Shown: in pieces, positions 42,000 to 55,592 of the stretch
Numbering within the stretch: position 1 is the stretch's first letter
Layout of the letters: the number at the start of each line of letters is the position of its first letter
From: Octopus sinensis
Lineage: Eukaryota
DNA: 64,000 nucleotides
Assembly (NCBI RefSeq): GCF_006345805.1
Contig: NC_042997.1
Location: 7,068,001-7,132,000, forward strand
Direction: 5' to 3'
The notes under the pieces: model-generated
What the model was told of the DNA's origin: nothing
Databases searched by the model: none
Seen by the model: only the letters and a program-made list of their open reading frames with translations
Position numbers and translations under genes: made by a program

Positions 42000-42500
42000 G
42001 CTCAAACATGTTGAAGAGGATATAATTTTGATTGAAAATACATCTGAGAGTTTGTCAGGCGACAGGATTTTCATACCACTAACCTCATCAAGGGAAATTT
42101 ATTACAATTTGATATTAGTGTCGGAAAGATATGTTTGTATATGTTTCTTGGTTGGATTTTTGTGTTAATTGATTGTGTGATGTGATTTTAGTTTCTTCAT
42201 GGGCTGCTTTGGTTATTTTGGGGATGTAACATTTGTATATCTTGGGAGTGTAGGTGGTAGGTGTTATGTTGCTTAGAATTTTATAGTGACTTTTTGGATC
42301 GTTTTGTCTAATAACTGTGTATGATTTTATGGTGTGAAATAAAGATTTTCTAAAAGTTTTTCATGAGTGGGTCATTTGAAAAATATTAATTACAGACATT
42401 TCTATGAAATTTTACCTTAGATAAAAAGTAATGTTCCTGGCGGAGTAATTTTGGCGAATGTTTTCTTTTTTTTTAAGCTTGTGGGTTCATTTATGGAATT
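42000..42500 (-). mobile_element. Decayed PLE fragment (linker region between RT and GIY-YIG)
   Basis: Minus strand KITPPG...KIFISHHKIIHSY resembles WFNPPF...KIFNRHTVKISYS. Confidence 0.35.
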
Positions 42501-42899
42501 CATATAAATGAAACTGGACGTGTTATTAGCAAGATTATGCCTAGTTCTCACATCGTACGCATAAACAAGACCCTGGTTAGAGACCACATGGGCGACCCTA
42601 CTTTCGTTTCAAAATTATCGAAAAAAAAACAAGAAATAACTTTATACAAGTGTTCAAAAATGAGAGGATTTTGATGAAAATGTCTCCCATTGGAGACTTG
42701 GGTTGACAAAACACAAGCGGAGGAGGCTTAGGATTGCTGATGAATAAAAACAAAATCGACGGAAATATAGTTCAAGCACAAAAGTGGTGGAATGTGAAGT
42801 CACTATGAACAGTACTGTCGTGCACAAGTAGGTCTTTGTAATACAAAAGATACTACTCAGGCAATAAAACTGAGTCTTGTTTTTTCAGAAAAAGATATA

Positions 42900-43720
42900 A
42901 GCTTTTGAAAATACGTAGATATGTCAAACATAGATATACTCATACATATATGATATTACCGTTAACAAAAAGTATCCTTTCAAGAAAACACTTGAATAAT
43001 TATGTTGGAAAATCGGGAACAAAAACAGATAAACTTAATGCATCGTCGCTAAATGCAGTAAAGAGAGAATTATCTGCCAACATCATCAGTAAAAACCAGA
43101 AACTTTCCCCACAGCTGCAGGAAACTTTCATAAGGAGGGGGCACCAGCAAGAGTCCTAATATTTGATACTGATACAAAAGGTTAACATTTTTTACCAGAA
43201 GCCACTAATAGGTATATCTAAAAGTACATGGAAGGTTAGATTGACATAGCAAATTGGACGAAACTTGTAGGCAAGAAAGAAACACAGATTTGCATAGATC
43301 TATAGTAATCACATTGCTAGCCAACAGACTCATTGTGAGTCAAATTTCTCATAAAATCTACTGTTATTCCTGCTACAAAAATCGAATGCATCTGAAAATC
43401 TTAGCACTATTAATGTAATTCGTAATTATTTCTTTGTAGCTGAACTGAAGATACATGCTTACAATTTAAACAATTCCAAAACAGCAGGAATTAATAACTT
43501 TTTCAGCTGACATCATCATGGAATTTGGCCACGAGAAATATTCATATTTGATTACTAAACAGGGAAAATCAGTCCCCATATCTATAACCCGTGTACCAAT
43601 GGTCTTTGTACTACATGTAAAGAGAATTCTACAAGTATGTAGGTATTGATGTAAACATATCATGTGAATAAAGATTGAGTGACCTGAAGTTATTATGACA
43701 GACTTCGAAAAGTCTAGCAG
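42900..43720 (+). mobile_element. Decayed PLE GIY-YIG remnant
   Basis: 43208-43243 IGISKSTWKVRL resembles YIG.S...WK.R; followed by stops and frameshifts. Confidence 0.45.
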
Positions 43721-43779
43721 TCAGAACATGTTTTTATAACAAGATGATATCACACAATTTATTTGCAGTACCAGTGTCG

Positions 43780-44100
43780 AACCCAACATTTAACTATAGC
43801 CATTTGAGCGCACAAGTTACTAACAGCAAGCGGAACTCTCCACAGATACTTATATCAATAGGCCCTTCCTAACAATATCCAAAGGAAGTAGAGGCATGAG
43901 ATCAATGCAGACAGCCTTCGAATGTCATTTAGTCCTACTCAGAGACAGCACTTGCTAAACAAGAACAGCTAATAGATTAAATTAATGCTCAAAAGAGAAG
44001 AGAAAAATATCTAACGCGTCGGTAGTGATCTTCCAAGCAGCACTCTTGTTTTGCTAACCTATCATACAACCCCAAACAGCCGGACTAAAATACCTCAAAG
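43780..44100 (+). mobile_element. R4/NeSL-like LINE RT-thumb remnant
   Basis: SKGSRGMRSMQTAFEC resembles the L...GGRGL.S motif of RLE LINEs. Confidence 0.45.
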
Positions 44101-44249
44101 AAGATCTGGATGTGAAATGTTCAGCACACCAAAGGGAAACCATATACCCTATATATAGGGGATATAGGTGCCAGCCTATGCACACTCTCTTAACGTATTA
44201 CGACAATGAGGGTTCCAAAGGATCCGATCCACGGAACAGCATGCTCGTG

Positions 44250-44555
44250 AAATTAGAGTACAAATGGCTGAGCACTCCACAGATACGTGTTCACTTAACG
44301 TATTTCTCGGGGAGATTCAGCGTGACACAGAATGTGAGAAGGCTGGCCCTTGGAATACAGGTACAACAGAAACAGGAAGAAAGAGTGACAGAACGTTGTG
44401 GTGAGAGTGTAAAGCAAAAATATCCTGCCGGAACCTTGTGGAACTTTTAGGCGTTTTCGCTCAATAAACACACACAACACCGGTATGGGGATGAAAATCG
44501 AGATCCTACCACAGCGAGTCCGCTGTCCTAACCACTGGGCCATTGCGCCTCCACA
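44250..44555 (-). mobile_element. tRNA-derived SINE
   Basis: Minus-strand head GTGGAGGCGCAATGGCCCAGTGGTTAGGACAGCGGACTCG. Confidence 0.75.
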
Positions 44556-44606
44556 CATACATACATACACACATATATACATACATACACATACACACAC
44601 ACACAA

Positions 44607-44686
<80 letters not shown>

Positions 44687-44708
44687 TTGAAATTATGTAA
44701 CCAGTCAC

Positions 44709-45620
44709 TGGTAACACTGTACAATAATGACTTTGCTACAGAGAAGAGAGCACAATTTTCTGGGAGAGTTTTTATAACAGATAACGAACGTGAACTCTGT
44801 TTTTCATGAAACGACTCCAGTGTTTCGTAAATCGACATGGCACTAAACGGTATGTTTTTGCTAGAAATTGAGCCATTTTCGGTGAAAATAATATTTTCTT
44901 CGTAGAATTAAAGCGAGCTTTCTGCAAAATCGTCTGTTATTGATAGTAAATACGTTACTTGTGGATTTTATTAAAGGAAAAATCATTTATATTTTAGTAA
45001 AATATGTATGTTCCTTTCTACGTTTAGTATCATGTCTATCTCTCTGAAAAAACCAGCAGACGTCAGCAAGCATAGCGTGTCTCCATTTCCCCTTACATCA
45101 AGTTTCATTCGACTTATGTCTTCGAATCTCTCACCATGTTTCTTGCTGACGTCTGCTGCATTCTGAGGAAATAAAGCTAAATGCGAATTCAAATAGTGAA
45201 CATTTAACGACATACTGATTTAACACCCTAATGATTCGTACGATTCAATGAACGTTTCTAAAGTTGGTTTCCATAGTTGGTTTCTCTGTGCTTCCCATAT
45301 AGACCGTTACATACATTCTTGAAACTTTGCCACGCACCCAATTCCAATGCTTTTAAGGTGTTTTCTGAATTATCGCCTGTCAAAAATATGCCAAATAGCA
45401 ATCTGAACGGTCGCTTTTGGTTCATTCCAAATCATTAGAATGCGAAACTTTATATTTTTTCACTTTCTGAAAGACCATTGGTACATGTTAAAACCAAATT
45501 TCATCTTGGTCTCCTATATTGACATCAAAATATAAGTAATACTGTTTTTAAAGCAACGGCGGATTGTTTCATGCATTCTTCCGGAATGCCATAGCACCAC
45601 AGATATAACAAATTTTGTAT
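44709..45620 (-). mobile_element. Internally deleted Chapaev3-like (CMC superfamily) DNA transposon remnant
   Basis: Minus strand YFDVNIGDQDEIW, MIWNEPK..DCY, AWQSFKNVCNGL, MSLNVHYLNSHLALFPQNAADVSKKHGERF (family motif MSLK.HFL.SHLD.FP.NLG.VS.E.GERFH); CACTGG at 44709 may be a terminus. Confidence 0.75.
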
Positions 45621-45982
45621 GTGTGATTTCTACACTGGCTTCGTAGTATTTTGATGTAATTTTTTTTTTCTGAACAGCTGCAAAATAAAATTAAAAAGAA
45701 AATTGAAATTATACAAATATCCTAAGATTAAAAAGCTGAATTGCCATAAACTAGATTCATTCTCTGAGAAACAGTCGCCATTTTTGTGTTCTACGTATAA
45801 AACTGCGTTAGAAAATGTTATGCTCATATCTGTAGTAGAAATAATGTTCGTTTTTGTTGTACAGTGTATTAGACCTAAGTGAAAGCCAAACAGTATTTTT
45901 TATGTGTTAAATGTTAAGTAATATATGTAAAGTTTAGCATGTTAACATGCGCTCTTAATTTACCATTTTTACTCCGCACACT

Positions 45983-46029
<47 letters not shown>

Positions 46030-46899
46030 GTGTATATATATATATATATACACACATACATGTTGGTGACCTATGCGCTGAATTATTAAGTTCTAATTTG
46101 AAGCTATCTGTCACGTAATCTAAAGTGTTCATTGCATGTTTGATTTCCTAACACACACGTCATTATCTTTATTGTTATTTCCATTGGATTTTCCCTATGC
46201 AGCAACGATGGAATAATTCCGTTGTACGCTTTACATACTTTAAATCAGATAACTCTTGGCTGTAGCATGATGTCAATGAGTCATAATATCGCACTCCAAA
46301 ACACATCTTAACAGCGGCCGATCTAATGCATATATGCATTCACATACATATTTTTTGATAATTCATTAGTTATCTCAACTCTTACTCCTTGTTTGGTAGA
46401 AATGTATTTGCGTTTTGCTTGAAAATGTGTGACCAAATTTAATGTAGATATCCGCAAGATGAAAACAAAATACGTGGAAATCTATCAGCAATATCACTTA
46501 ATTCTCTATTACTGCCAACCAGATATTTTGAGTATATTTAATTTTGTCTAAGTAGTGTTCCATTTCTGGTTACTTCCTTCCATTTTTTTCACTTACATAT
46601 TCAATCATTTTGTTTCCAAATTATTTTTATCTCTGTCGTTGAAAAGCCACATCCACCTGCAGTTTATCTTGGCAATATCTTATTTGTAATTTGATATCTA
46701 TTTCTCTTTTCTCTTATTCGATTTTCAGCAACTAACCTAAGGTGAACAATATGTAATCTATAATACTTAATTTTAAGTCTTGATCTCTGATATAAGTCAT
46801 AGCTGAAGTAATCTAATATGTAGAATATTATATAGCCAACTTATGTGAAAACGCAAGTAGTGAATAGTGAAGCACTGCCACGTAAACTGGCCAAGTATT

Positions 46900-47450
46900 G
46901 TTTTACTTTACTTTAGAAAAATACTAGGCTAGAAGAGAATTGTGTACAGGCTGCAGAGTAATGAATTATATAGGTATAGACAATGCTGAATCCAGTATAT
47001 CGGATTCAGAAAAGGTTTTTCTTTTTCTACAACGTGTTCTCACAAATTCAATGAATTTGCTCATTTGTATTATTTATATGTATACTTGTAACTTCGCTTT
47101 TCTGAGAGTGAATTTACTTACTTACAACAGGGAGGAATACCACGGATTATAACATCTTAACATCAAGGCCTTACATTCGCTTACTATATATATTACATTA
47201 CATTGTTTTTACCTATTTTACTCTAGCTTATGTTATTTGCCCTACTCTATTATTCTAATTCAATATCCCACATGTTAGTTTCCTCTCTGAAGAAGCCTTG
47301 AGGCTCAACCATTATCCATCTCTGTCCAATGTTTGTTCACCCTTTATATCACTGACGTGATGAGGATTACCTGGAAGATTATGGCGCCTCATGGTAGAAA
47401 CGGCCGTAAGGGATTTGTTTGTACTTGTACAGTCATCTATTATTCATTCA
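46900..47450 (+). mobile_element. Possible PLE 3' end with two decayed hammerhead-like motifs
   Basis: CTGAAGA-AGCC(TTGA)GGCT near 47288 and CTGGAAGA...GAAAC-GGCC-GTA at 47371-47408; cores damaged. Confidence 0.35.
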
Positions 47451-47475
47451 TCTCTCTCCCCCTCTCTCTCTCTCT

Positions 47476-47523
<48 letters not shown>

Positions 47524-47744
47524 TGTACACTTAAAAACGTAAGTGCTATCCATGATAGGACTAGTTTCACGCTAGAGAGAACAGTTAAATGCCAAACCAC
47601 TATTAGGGATTAAGTTTCGAAGGGAATGAAAAATAAAACCATTCACCATCTCAGTCCTGGAGCAATGGTTTCACTCTTTTAAATAGTAAATAAAATAATT
47701 TGCTAGGTGAAGTCTTCTTCATAGACAGAGAAATGTTTTAAACT

Positions 47745-47935
47745 TTGGCTCTCTGGCCAATAATTTCGGGATATTTATCGACGCCCAGCGATTAGCGTAT
47801 ACTTAATTAATCCTCCCCGAAAGGCTCAAGGGCAAAGACCACTTCGTTTGTATTTTAAGTCTGAATTGCATGACGGACGAATTACGGCAAATCTTTTTAC
47901 CCGGCATGTTCACGATGCTACCAGCTCGGCTTATA
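47745..47935 (-). mobile_element. Degenerate SINE (family of 5488-5712)
   Basis: Minus strand GAGCTGGTAGCATCGTGAACATGCCGGG...CCTTTCGGGG..ATTAATTAAGTA. Confidence 0.6.
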
Positions 47936-48204
47936 CACACAGACACCCCACCACACACACACACACACACACACACACAAATACACACTCAAACATACAC
48001 GCACACAGACTATCATACAAACACATTCATACACACAAAAACAAACAGAAACACATAAAGACATATTAATACACATATACATGCTGCGATGAATATATAG
48101 TAATATAAATTACGCAAAAATGAAAATGAAACTGACACCCCATTTTAACAGATATATTTATCAGAATTACATAAAAATATCTTCAAATAATAAAGAGTAA
48201 ATCT

Positions 48205-48390
48205 ATTCAATAAAATCGTCCTTGTCTTCAACCACAGCTTCCTGACGAATTCGAAAGCTCCTGCAACTACTCTGGACGATCTCCTTGTTAAAGCTAGAGA
48301 ATGTTGTCCTTATCATTGCCTTCATTTCATCTTCGTGTTACAACTGCACCACACACATAGTAATCTGCTTCGTTTTCGAACGCAGGTAAA
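48205..48390 (-). mobile_element. Tc1/mariner transposase C-terminal remnant
   Basis: Minus strand DYYVCGAV then KAMIRTTFSSFNKEIVQSSCRSFRIRQEAVVEDKDDFIE*, matching the Tc1-type ending DY.VWG...R..R..AV.E..G..IE. Confidence 0.75.
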
Positions 48391-48829
48391 TAATTGCCTG
48401 CTTCTTGTGCGTATGGCTTTCCATATTAATATTATTAATATCAATATGATGATTATTATTGTTTATCGCGTTTTTAAAGTTGTATTTGACCTTGTGTGTT
48501 CCTTCCTATATACGCCTGCCACCCCACCTCCGTATATATGAATTTAACACTTAATTTTATAACTACCCCTTATTCCTTTTTTAATTTCCAATGGGTCGAA
48601 AGTTTCACAGATTGTCAGCATGTAGTAACAATTAATTATCACCGTTCTCACTTTCTCTCTTTTTTTCTTCTTCTTTTTTCACTTATATGTCAGTTAAGTT
48701 TCTGCTCTGATGGTGTTTCATAATTCGATTATATATGTGTTTGTATGTGCGTGTGTGTGTGTGTGTGTGTTTGTGTGTGTGTTCATGTGCCTGTGATACC
48801 CCTCTCTGAATGAATTTACTTCCCCATAG

Positions 48830-48970
48830 TCTAGACGTTGGGCAAAAGACCGATGGAATAAGTATAAGGTATACAAAGAATAAGCCCTGTGGACCATTTG
48901 TTCAACTAAAGACGACGCTTCAGCATGGCCGCTGTCAAATGACTGAAACAAATAAAGGAATAAAAGAATA
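48830..48970 (+). mobile_element. SINE 3' fragment
   Basis: CCGATGGAATAAGTA...CAGCATGGCCGCTGTCAAATGACTGAAACA, matches the 30085-30230 copy. Confidence 0.75.
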
Positions 48971-48999
48971 GAAGTATATATATATATAGGGGAGAAGGT

Positions 49000-49620
49000 T
49001 GGTGTGTGGTTGGATGTATAAAAAAATAAAAAAAGGAGTGAAAAAACTACAGAAGAATTGTGTTATAAGGTTAAAGAGTATAATTAAGTCGTTATGTTAG
49101 AAAAATGTTATAAAACTTTGTGTATGGTAACATAGTTTTTGGAGAAATAACCGGTTTCGCATTTTCTTTTCAAATTTCTCAAATTTCTTTACCTACATTG
49201 TGTCGTGTCTTCGCTATGAAGTGAGTTCCAGGCAGGGAAGGTAATCAGGAATTTCTTCCGGTATAAGAGAGATAATCGGTATAAGAGAGATAATATATTT
49301 TTCAATTAGACGAATTTCCTTGTATAAAAATGTTAGAAATGGTTAAGTTTTTGTTTATATTTTTCAATGAAGAATGTTTCCTTGTTTAATCTGTTTTGGG
49401 GTTCCAATAGCACATTGATAGAATGGAAAAATTAAAATTTGTGGTAGTAGTTGCTTTGCGCATTTCTCAATATGCTCACTAAAGGATATCATTCTCTATC
49501 CTGGGAATGCAATCTGTTGTATTCTGGGAATGCAATCGACAACAGATTGCATTCCCAGAATACAGAATGATACGCTGTAATGAACATATTGAGAAATGCT
49601 CAAAGCAACTACTACCACAG
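49000..49620 (-). mobile_element. Decayed PLE fragment with an inverted duplication at its inferred 5' end
   Basis: Minus strand NVGKEI resembles TNVGKEFL; hairpin arms 49439-49520/49542-49619. Confidence 0.35.
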
Positions 49621-50349
49621 CTGTCCTTCTTTAATTTTCTACTTTACTATATATTCTTCTTCACTTTATATTCCAATTCTTTTATAAACAATTTTTAGTA
49701 CATTACATTATTTTAGAAACTTCCATCTTGTCAACACGTTTGGATGCTTAAACAATATCCAGGCCACGAAAATGTAATCTACCACAATTTTCTTCTTTTT
49801 TCTTCGTATTTTCTTTCTTAATATTTTCCTGAAAGCTAAATTTATAATTTGTCATAACAAGTCTTATCTTAAATGTCTAAATCCGTATATCATTTAAAAC
49901 ATTTTAAACATTTATCGATATGTATGTATTCCCCAATCTCTCGCTACCAATTTGACTTATATCTTCGCATTCTTGATCTTAAATTTCCTTCTATCGTTCT
50001 TTCCACCTCAGCGTCACTAGTCCACCTCATTCACCATCTTTTTATCGATGTTACTTTGCTTTTAAACATCAGTTTAAAGCTATAAAATTTGCATTTTCCA
50101 CTAAGTACTATAACATAGTTTTCGTCAGATATATTTATGGTAATGTTTATGAAATATATTAAAAATCAAACATATGATATGATGCTACAAATGGTGTGGT
50201 TGTCCATGGTTCCTCTCAGTATAACAAGCACTAGCTATAAATTTTATAAGCCAACTATTGGCTCGCTAATTTATTTCATCGGTGCTTGAAAGATTGGATT
50301 TTAATATTTCAGACCGTTTATAGATATGTATATATTTGTGAATATGTGT

Positions 50350-50381
50350 ATCTATCTATCTATCTATCTATCTATATATCC

Positions 50382-50426
<45 letters not shown>

Positions 50427-50435
50427 CTATCTATA

Positions 50436-50486
<51 letters not shown>

Positions 50487-50573
50487 ATATATATATATAT
50501 CTATCTATTTATCAGTATATCTATCTATCTATCTATCTATATATCAGTATATCTATCTATCTATCTATCTATC

Positions 50574-50630
<57 letters not shown>

Positions 50631-50632
50631 TT
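50350..50632. repeat. Long (CTAT)n microsatellite
   Basis: Direct reading; source of the YLSI ORFs. Confidence 0.97.
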
Positions 50633-52749
50633 GTCTGTCTGTCTATGTGTATATAAATGTATATACATAGTACCTACTTACATATGTGTGCGTGTTTGTG
50701 TGAGTTTATATACGCGTGTCCATGTGCGTTTGTGTTTGAGTGTGTGCGTAATAAACGAGAAGGAAAAACTAGCAAAAACACCACTGCACGCGTGTCAAAC
50801 GCTAGGGTACTTATTGACATTGCAAAGTAGAAAACATAACCCGCTACATATTATATAATTCTGCACCGATACGTAACCACCCTATTTCTGTATTGGTCGT
50901 TACTAAACGATAATGAAACTATAAGCATGAGGTTTTCATAAACAATTATAGGAAAATATTAATTTTCAAATGGGATGGAAATATTAAACTTTTGTGCCAA
51001 ACAAACATCTCGGTGCCTAAATTAATAAATGAATATAACATAAGGAGTGTGATCTAAAAACTGTATCCTTTCCAGATATTGGACTTTGCAGTTGAGAGAA
51101 GTTTTGATGGTCAGCCATTTATTGTCAACCCCTTTAGAAATTAAACTCTGTTATCAGTCATCATTGTGTATAGTTTAAATGCACCTCTTAATACATTTTA
51201 AACATATTCAGCTTGTCAGGAACACGTTACACACTTCACTTGGGGATATTTGAGGTTTTCCTGTATCTTGTAGCTTAACTTTTAGTTCATATTTTCTGTG
51301 ATTCATTACTGATAGCTTCAAAGATTCGTGGTTATGTCCCATTAACGACGCGCTATTTGTAGTACATATATTTGCCCTGCTTACCCTTTAAACACCTACA
51401 TTCCTATATGTAACGGTTATTAATGTGCATAGATTCCTATCTATGCCTACAAGGTATGTTCTAGACATCCAATTGTTCCAGTTACATCTGAATAAATTGA
51501 ACAGATAAATATTTAGTGCATAGAATAGTATTGAAATGATTTTTCTCTAGAAACAAGTTTGTCTCGGATAGCACTACGTATAAGAAGCCGCACCTTTTTG
51601 CTTTGCGAACTATACAGTCATTCTTTTTATATTTCTTATTTTATTTTGTCAGCACCCTCATCAATCACCAGAAGATATCATTGTATGCATTCCTTACGCA
51701 TGCTTGGACACTCATATGAGAGTTTCTGTGTAGTATCTTCACGTAATAGCTTTTGTTTGCATTACATATATAGTTTTATGCTTAGATGTACATAGGCTTA
51801 CATAGATATGTATACTGATAGATACATTCTAACGTAGTATACATACAAGTATGTATGTACATTTGTAGTTATGCTCCTCTGTGCTTGTGTGCGTGTGTGT
51901 GTATGTGGGTTTGTGTGTTTGTGTGCTTGTGACTGATTGTTTGTGTATATGGTTATATACGTTTAAACATTATGCTTGATATTCCGTACATACATTTTAG
52001 TAAATATATTTTGTTTCACCCCTTAGTCATAAAACTTAAATATTCATGTTTTATAGTTAAAGTTAAGTTCTTCGTCTTTTTTATGTAGGTTCAACTTATC
52101 AGTAATGCATTGCTCACTTACAAATAAATGAATGTATTTCTACACCATATGCAATTTGTCATTTGCTCTATATTTGGTTTAGAATGTTAGTGCTCATGTC
52201 TCAATTTGTAAATGAAGCCCACTATACAAATTCTTCGTTATATTTATATCTTGCTACTATTATAATATGTAAATCCCGTTGAGCATCCCGCCGCTACTTA
52301 CTAAATTAAATGGGCCTCTTCATATTGAATAATAGAAATTCCTAATCATACTCACGCTAACGAGGGAATTAAGCAAAAAATGTATCGAAGACAGGATATT
52401 AATAATATATATGAGAGGCAAGGTATTCATCATCGAAAAATATTTGTGCTACTTACCTACATAGAAATTCAATTTCAGTAAGAACATCGGTTTACTTCCA
52501 AACAAATTAACCGGTAACGTATGTGGAAGACTTAATTAAATTTAGTGCGTGATATGATTTAAAAAAGAAATGCGCATATACTACTTTTAGACAAAACAAA
52601 TATTATCTGTTAAATGCTATTACAAGCATAGGAAATATTTCAAATGGCGAGACAAAATAATTACTTATGAATTTATATATAGACGACATTTTTCAAGCGT
52701 CTCACAGCACGTAAACTGTTTCTCTTGCAGAAAATAAAGATAGATTTTG

Positions 52750-54050
52750 CTATCTTCACCACTCCGTCAAAAATACTGAACGAGTTGTTATCAGAACTTA
52801 TTTATTGTTTTCAATACCCTCACAAATAAGGCGAGTTGGGAGTCTAAACGAATACAATTTCAGCGTCACCAATATCACGCAAATTAATAATATCTTAGAC
52901 AAAAACGATTTCACACAAATCAATTTTTATATTGTAAAATTTTATTCTTCTATCCCTAGAAATTTGCCGTAAGCTTTAATGTATATTCCGCTTGAGCCAA
53001 CAACAGTGCAATATAATTTTGCTCGAAAGGAAACCATTGTTCTATTACGATTGCTTCTATGTATGAAGATTACGGCGAACTTATCGTCGATTACTATTGG
53101 TAACTATCGTTGTTCTAAGAGAACGAATAACGGCGGCCTTTTTAATACATTGATACAGAGCTAAACTGAAGCATAAATGCATGGGATTATATAAACTATT
53201 TACTGAATGCAAAACATGCTCTTCGGGGACAGTTTTAGAAACACCTTTGATATAACATTTAAACATGTTGAAAGGCATTCAAAATATAACAACGTATAAA
53301 AAATATCTCTCGGCAACTTTGATCATATGCGTAACGTGCCTTATATTTACTTTAGGTAAAATAAAGGGGTTATATGTAAAACTCCATGTTATAATTCCTT
53401 ATTTATAGTTGTTTATCACATCACATGCAATATGGGGTAGGCACACGGACCAGATCTCACGAAACAAAAATATTTTAGAGAAATGGAACGACATATATGT
53501 GTTGAAAGTCAGAAAGTAACCTGACCAGCTTTCACGACTAGTTATAAGAGCTTTTGAGAATAACACACGTCAAATACAAGATGTTTCCAAAAATTATGAA
53601 GATTTGCGTTGTCAATTATAAGGATAAATTATTAAATATGATGGGTGAGGACACCCCACAGTAAATTTGTAGTATCCACGAATAGGTGCACTAAAAAAAA
53701 TGCAACTATAAAATATAGCAATGGTTACATTGTGATGGAAACTCATGTTCAACGAAGTGACTTTTAGCTCTTATTTCATACAATGTAACATCAGCCTCAA
53801 ATCGAGCACGGCAACAACCAACTAACATTGGAAACACCGCAAGAATACAAATGGAATTTAATCTACACGCAAAGAAAAAAATCTAAACGTAGCACACACA
53901 AAGTGTTATAATCAACAGAAGCAGCTACGGTTTAAAGAAACATGTTCAGCAGCAACATTGCGTTAATGAATAACACCGATGCACGCAAAATCTCATAACC
54001 AACGAAATGTACGGATTTGTAGAAACATATTATCCTGTGAGAACTAGAAA
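52750..54050 (+). mobile_element. Decayed PLE (RT + GIY-YIG) remnant
   Basis: YIVKFYSSI (about 52928) resembles FDIVEFYPSI; FARKET resembles ARK.LLF; NIGNTARIQMEFNLH (about 53824) resembles YIG.T...K.R...H. Confidence 0.45.
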
Positions 54051-54922
54051 TTTTCGACTGACAGTTGAAGTATGTATTTACAAATATATTACTGTTGGAA
54101 AACCTCCAATTACCAGAAAGATAAGATTCCCTATGTTTTCAGGGGAGTAAGTTGTCACTTCAAACTTAACACATTATTTAGAACATGACCTTACACAGGA
54201 TAGGCAGTGAGAATAAATAATACGTAGAGTCGCTTTAAAAGCATGGCCAGCTCATTAAACATATCAAATCACTGCACAAAGAGGTGACGTCTATAAGTGA
54301 CACCTGAATTTTAGGATGGTCAGATTGCAGGTCCAGATGCAGCCGCTAAACTGCGTACCGTTCTTTAAGTCGGAGGGTATTGGGAAGCTGAGCACATGGT
54401 TTCAAGAGAAACAACTGTATTTCGTAATACTTATTCCAATCTTGGATCATGAAAGGGTTTTGTGATTTTTTCTTCTTTATTTTTTTGGTAGGAGGGCTTA
54501 GTCGATCATAATTATTAGTCATCCCATACAGCCTATTCTGTCGTCCATGGTTTGTCTGATCTTGGGTTAAATAATACAAACATTATTGTGGTAATCGTTT
54601 TATTATTGTCATTAATATTATTGTAATTATAACGAATGCGAGCTGGCAGAATAGTTGCGCACCGGACAAAACGCTAAGAGAAATTTCTGTAGGGTCTTTG
54701 TGTTCTGATTTCAGATGACACCAAGATCACCCTTGCGTTTTATGCTTTCTTGGTCAATATTCCACTGCAAGATTTCATGCTATGCATACGTATAATAAAT
54801 AGCATTATACACGGTAAGACAATTTTAATATATGGAAATGTGCGAGTAATTTACATTATCCAAGGATTTCTGCACACATACACACACACCCACACACATA
54901 TGTGTGTGTCCGTGTGTGTACG

Positions 54923-55014
<92 letters not shown>

Positions 55015-55017
<3 letters not shown>

Positions 55018-55238
55018 CGGAGTAAACACATAAATGTGAAACAAGTGGAAAAAAGAGTACTCAAATACCAGTGGTAGAGTATATGCTTTATTTTAAGCAG
55101 CAGAAAATTCAACAAAATCTGTTACTCTGAGTTTCTCGTTGCCGTTCATCAGACAGATTCTAGCAAAAACTGTCTGATGAACGGCAACGAGAAACTCAGA
55201 GTAACAGATTTGTTGAATTTTCTGCTGCTTAAATAAAG

Positions 55239-55240
<2 letters not shown>
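55015..55240 (-). mobile_element. Foldback PLE-like element between (TA)n tracts
   Basis: Arms 55086-55156/55170-55238 (two 1-nt indels), 13-nt loop, extra 3' tail on the minus strand to 55015. Confidence 0.85.
55116..55159 (-). ncRNA. Minimal type I hammerhead ribozyme (mirror copy on plus strand 55170-55207)
   Basis: Minus strand AATCTGT-CTGATGA-ACG(GCAA)CGA-GAAAC-TCAGA-GTA-ACAGATT: 7-bp stem I, very short stem II, GUA triplet. Confidence 0.7.
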
Positions 55241-55273
<33 letters not shown>

Positions 55274-55592
55274 GCAAATATTATATATATATATATATAT
55301 ATACACACACATACATACACTGACACACAGACACATGCATATATACACGCACGCACACATCTATTATGTGTTGATGTTACTATGAAAATTAGATCACCAT
55401 ATCAAACAATAATGTATTCCAAATGATATATGGAAAAGCAAGCGAAATATTAATTCTAACAAATTTAGAATCGAAGAAAACAGTAAAATTTCATTCAAAT
55501 CATAAGTGAAATATATATTTTTTTAATGTCTTACACTTCATTGGAAGAGATAATCTCGTAAGATTAAGAAAATCTACTGAATTTGAAATTAT

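Noticed and set aside
47371-47412. Hammerhead with perfect ACGGCCGT palindrome and GUA
   Set aside because: Core has an extra G and stem I does not pair in register; kept only as a decayed remnant.
48242-48256. CTGACGA-ATTC-GAAA hammerhead-like core
   Set aside because: No stem II or flanking helices; lies inside the Tc1 remnant.
48238-48385. Plus-strand open 'exon' with AG/GT boundaries
   Set aside because: The minus strand encodes a recognisable Tc1/mariner transposase C-terminus, which explains the composition.
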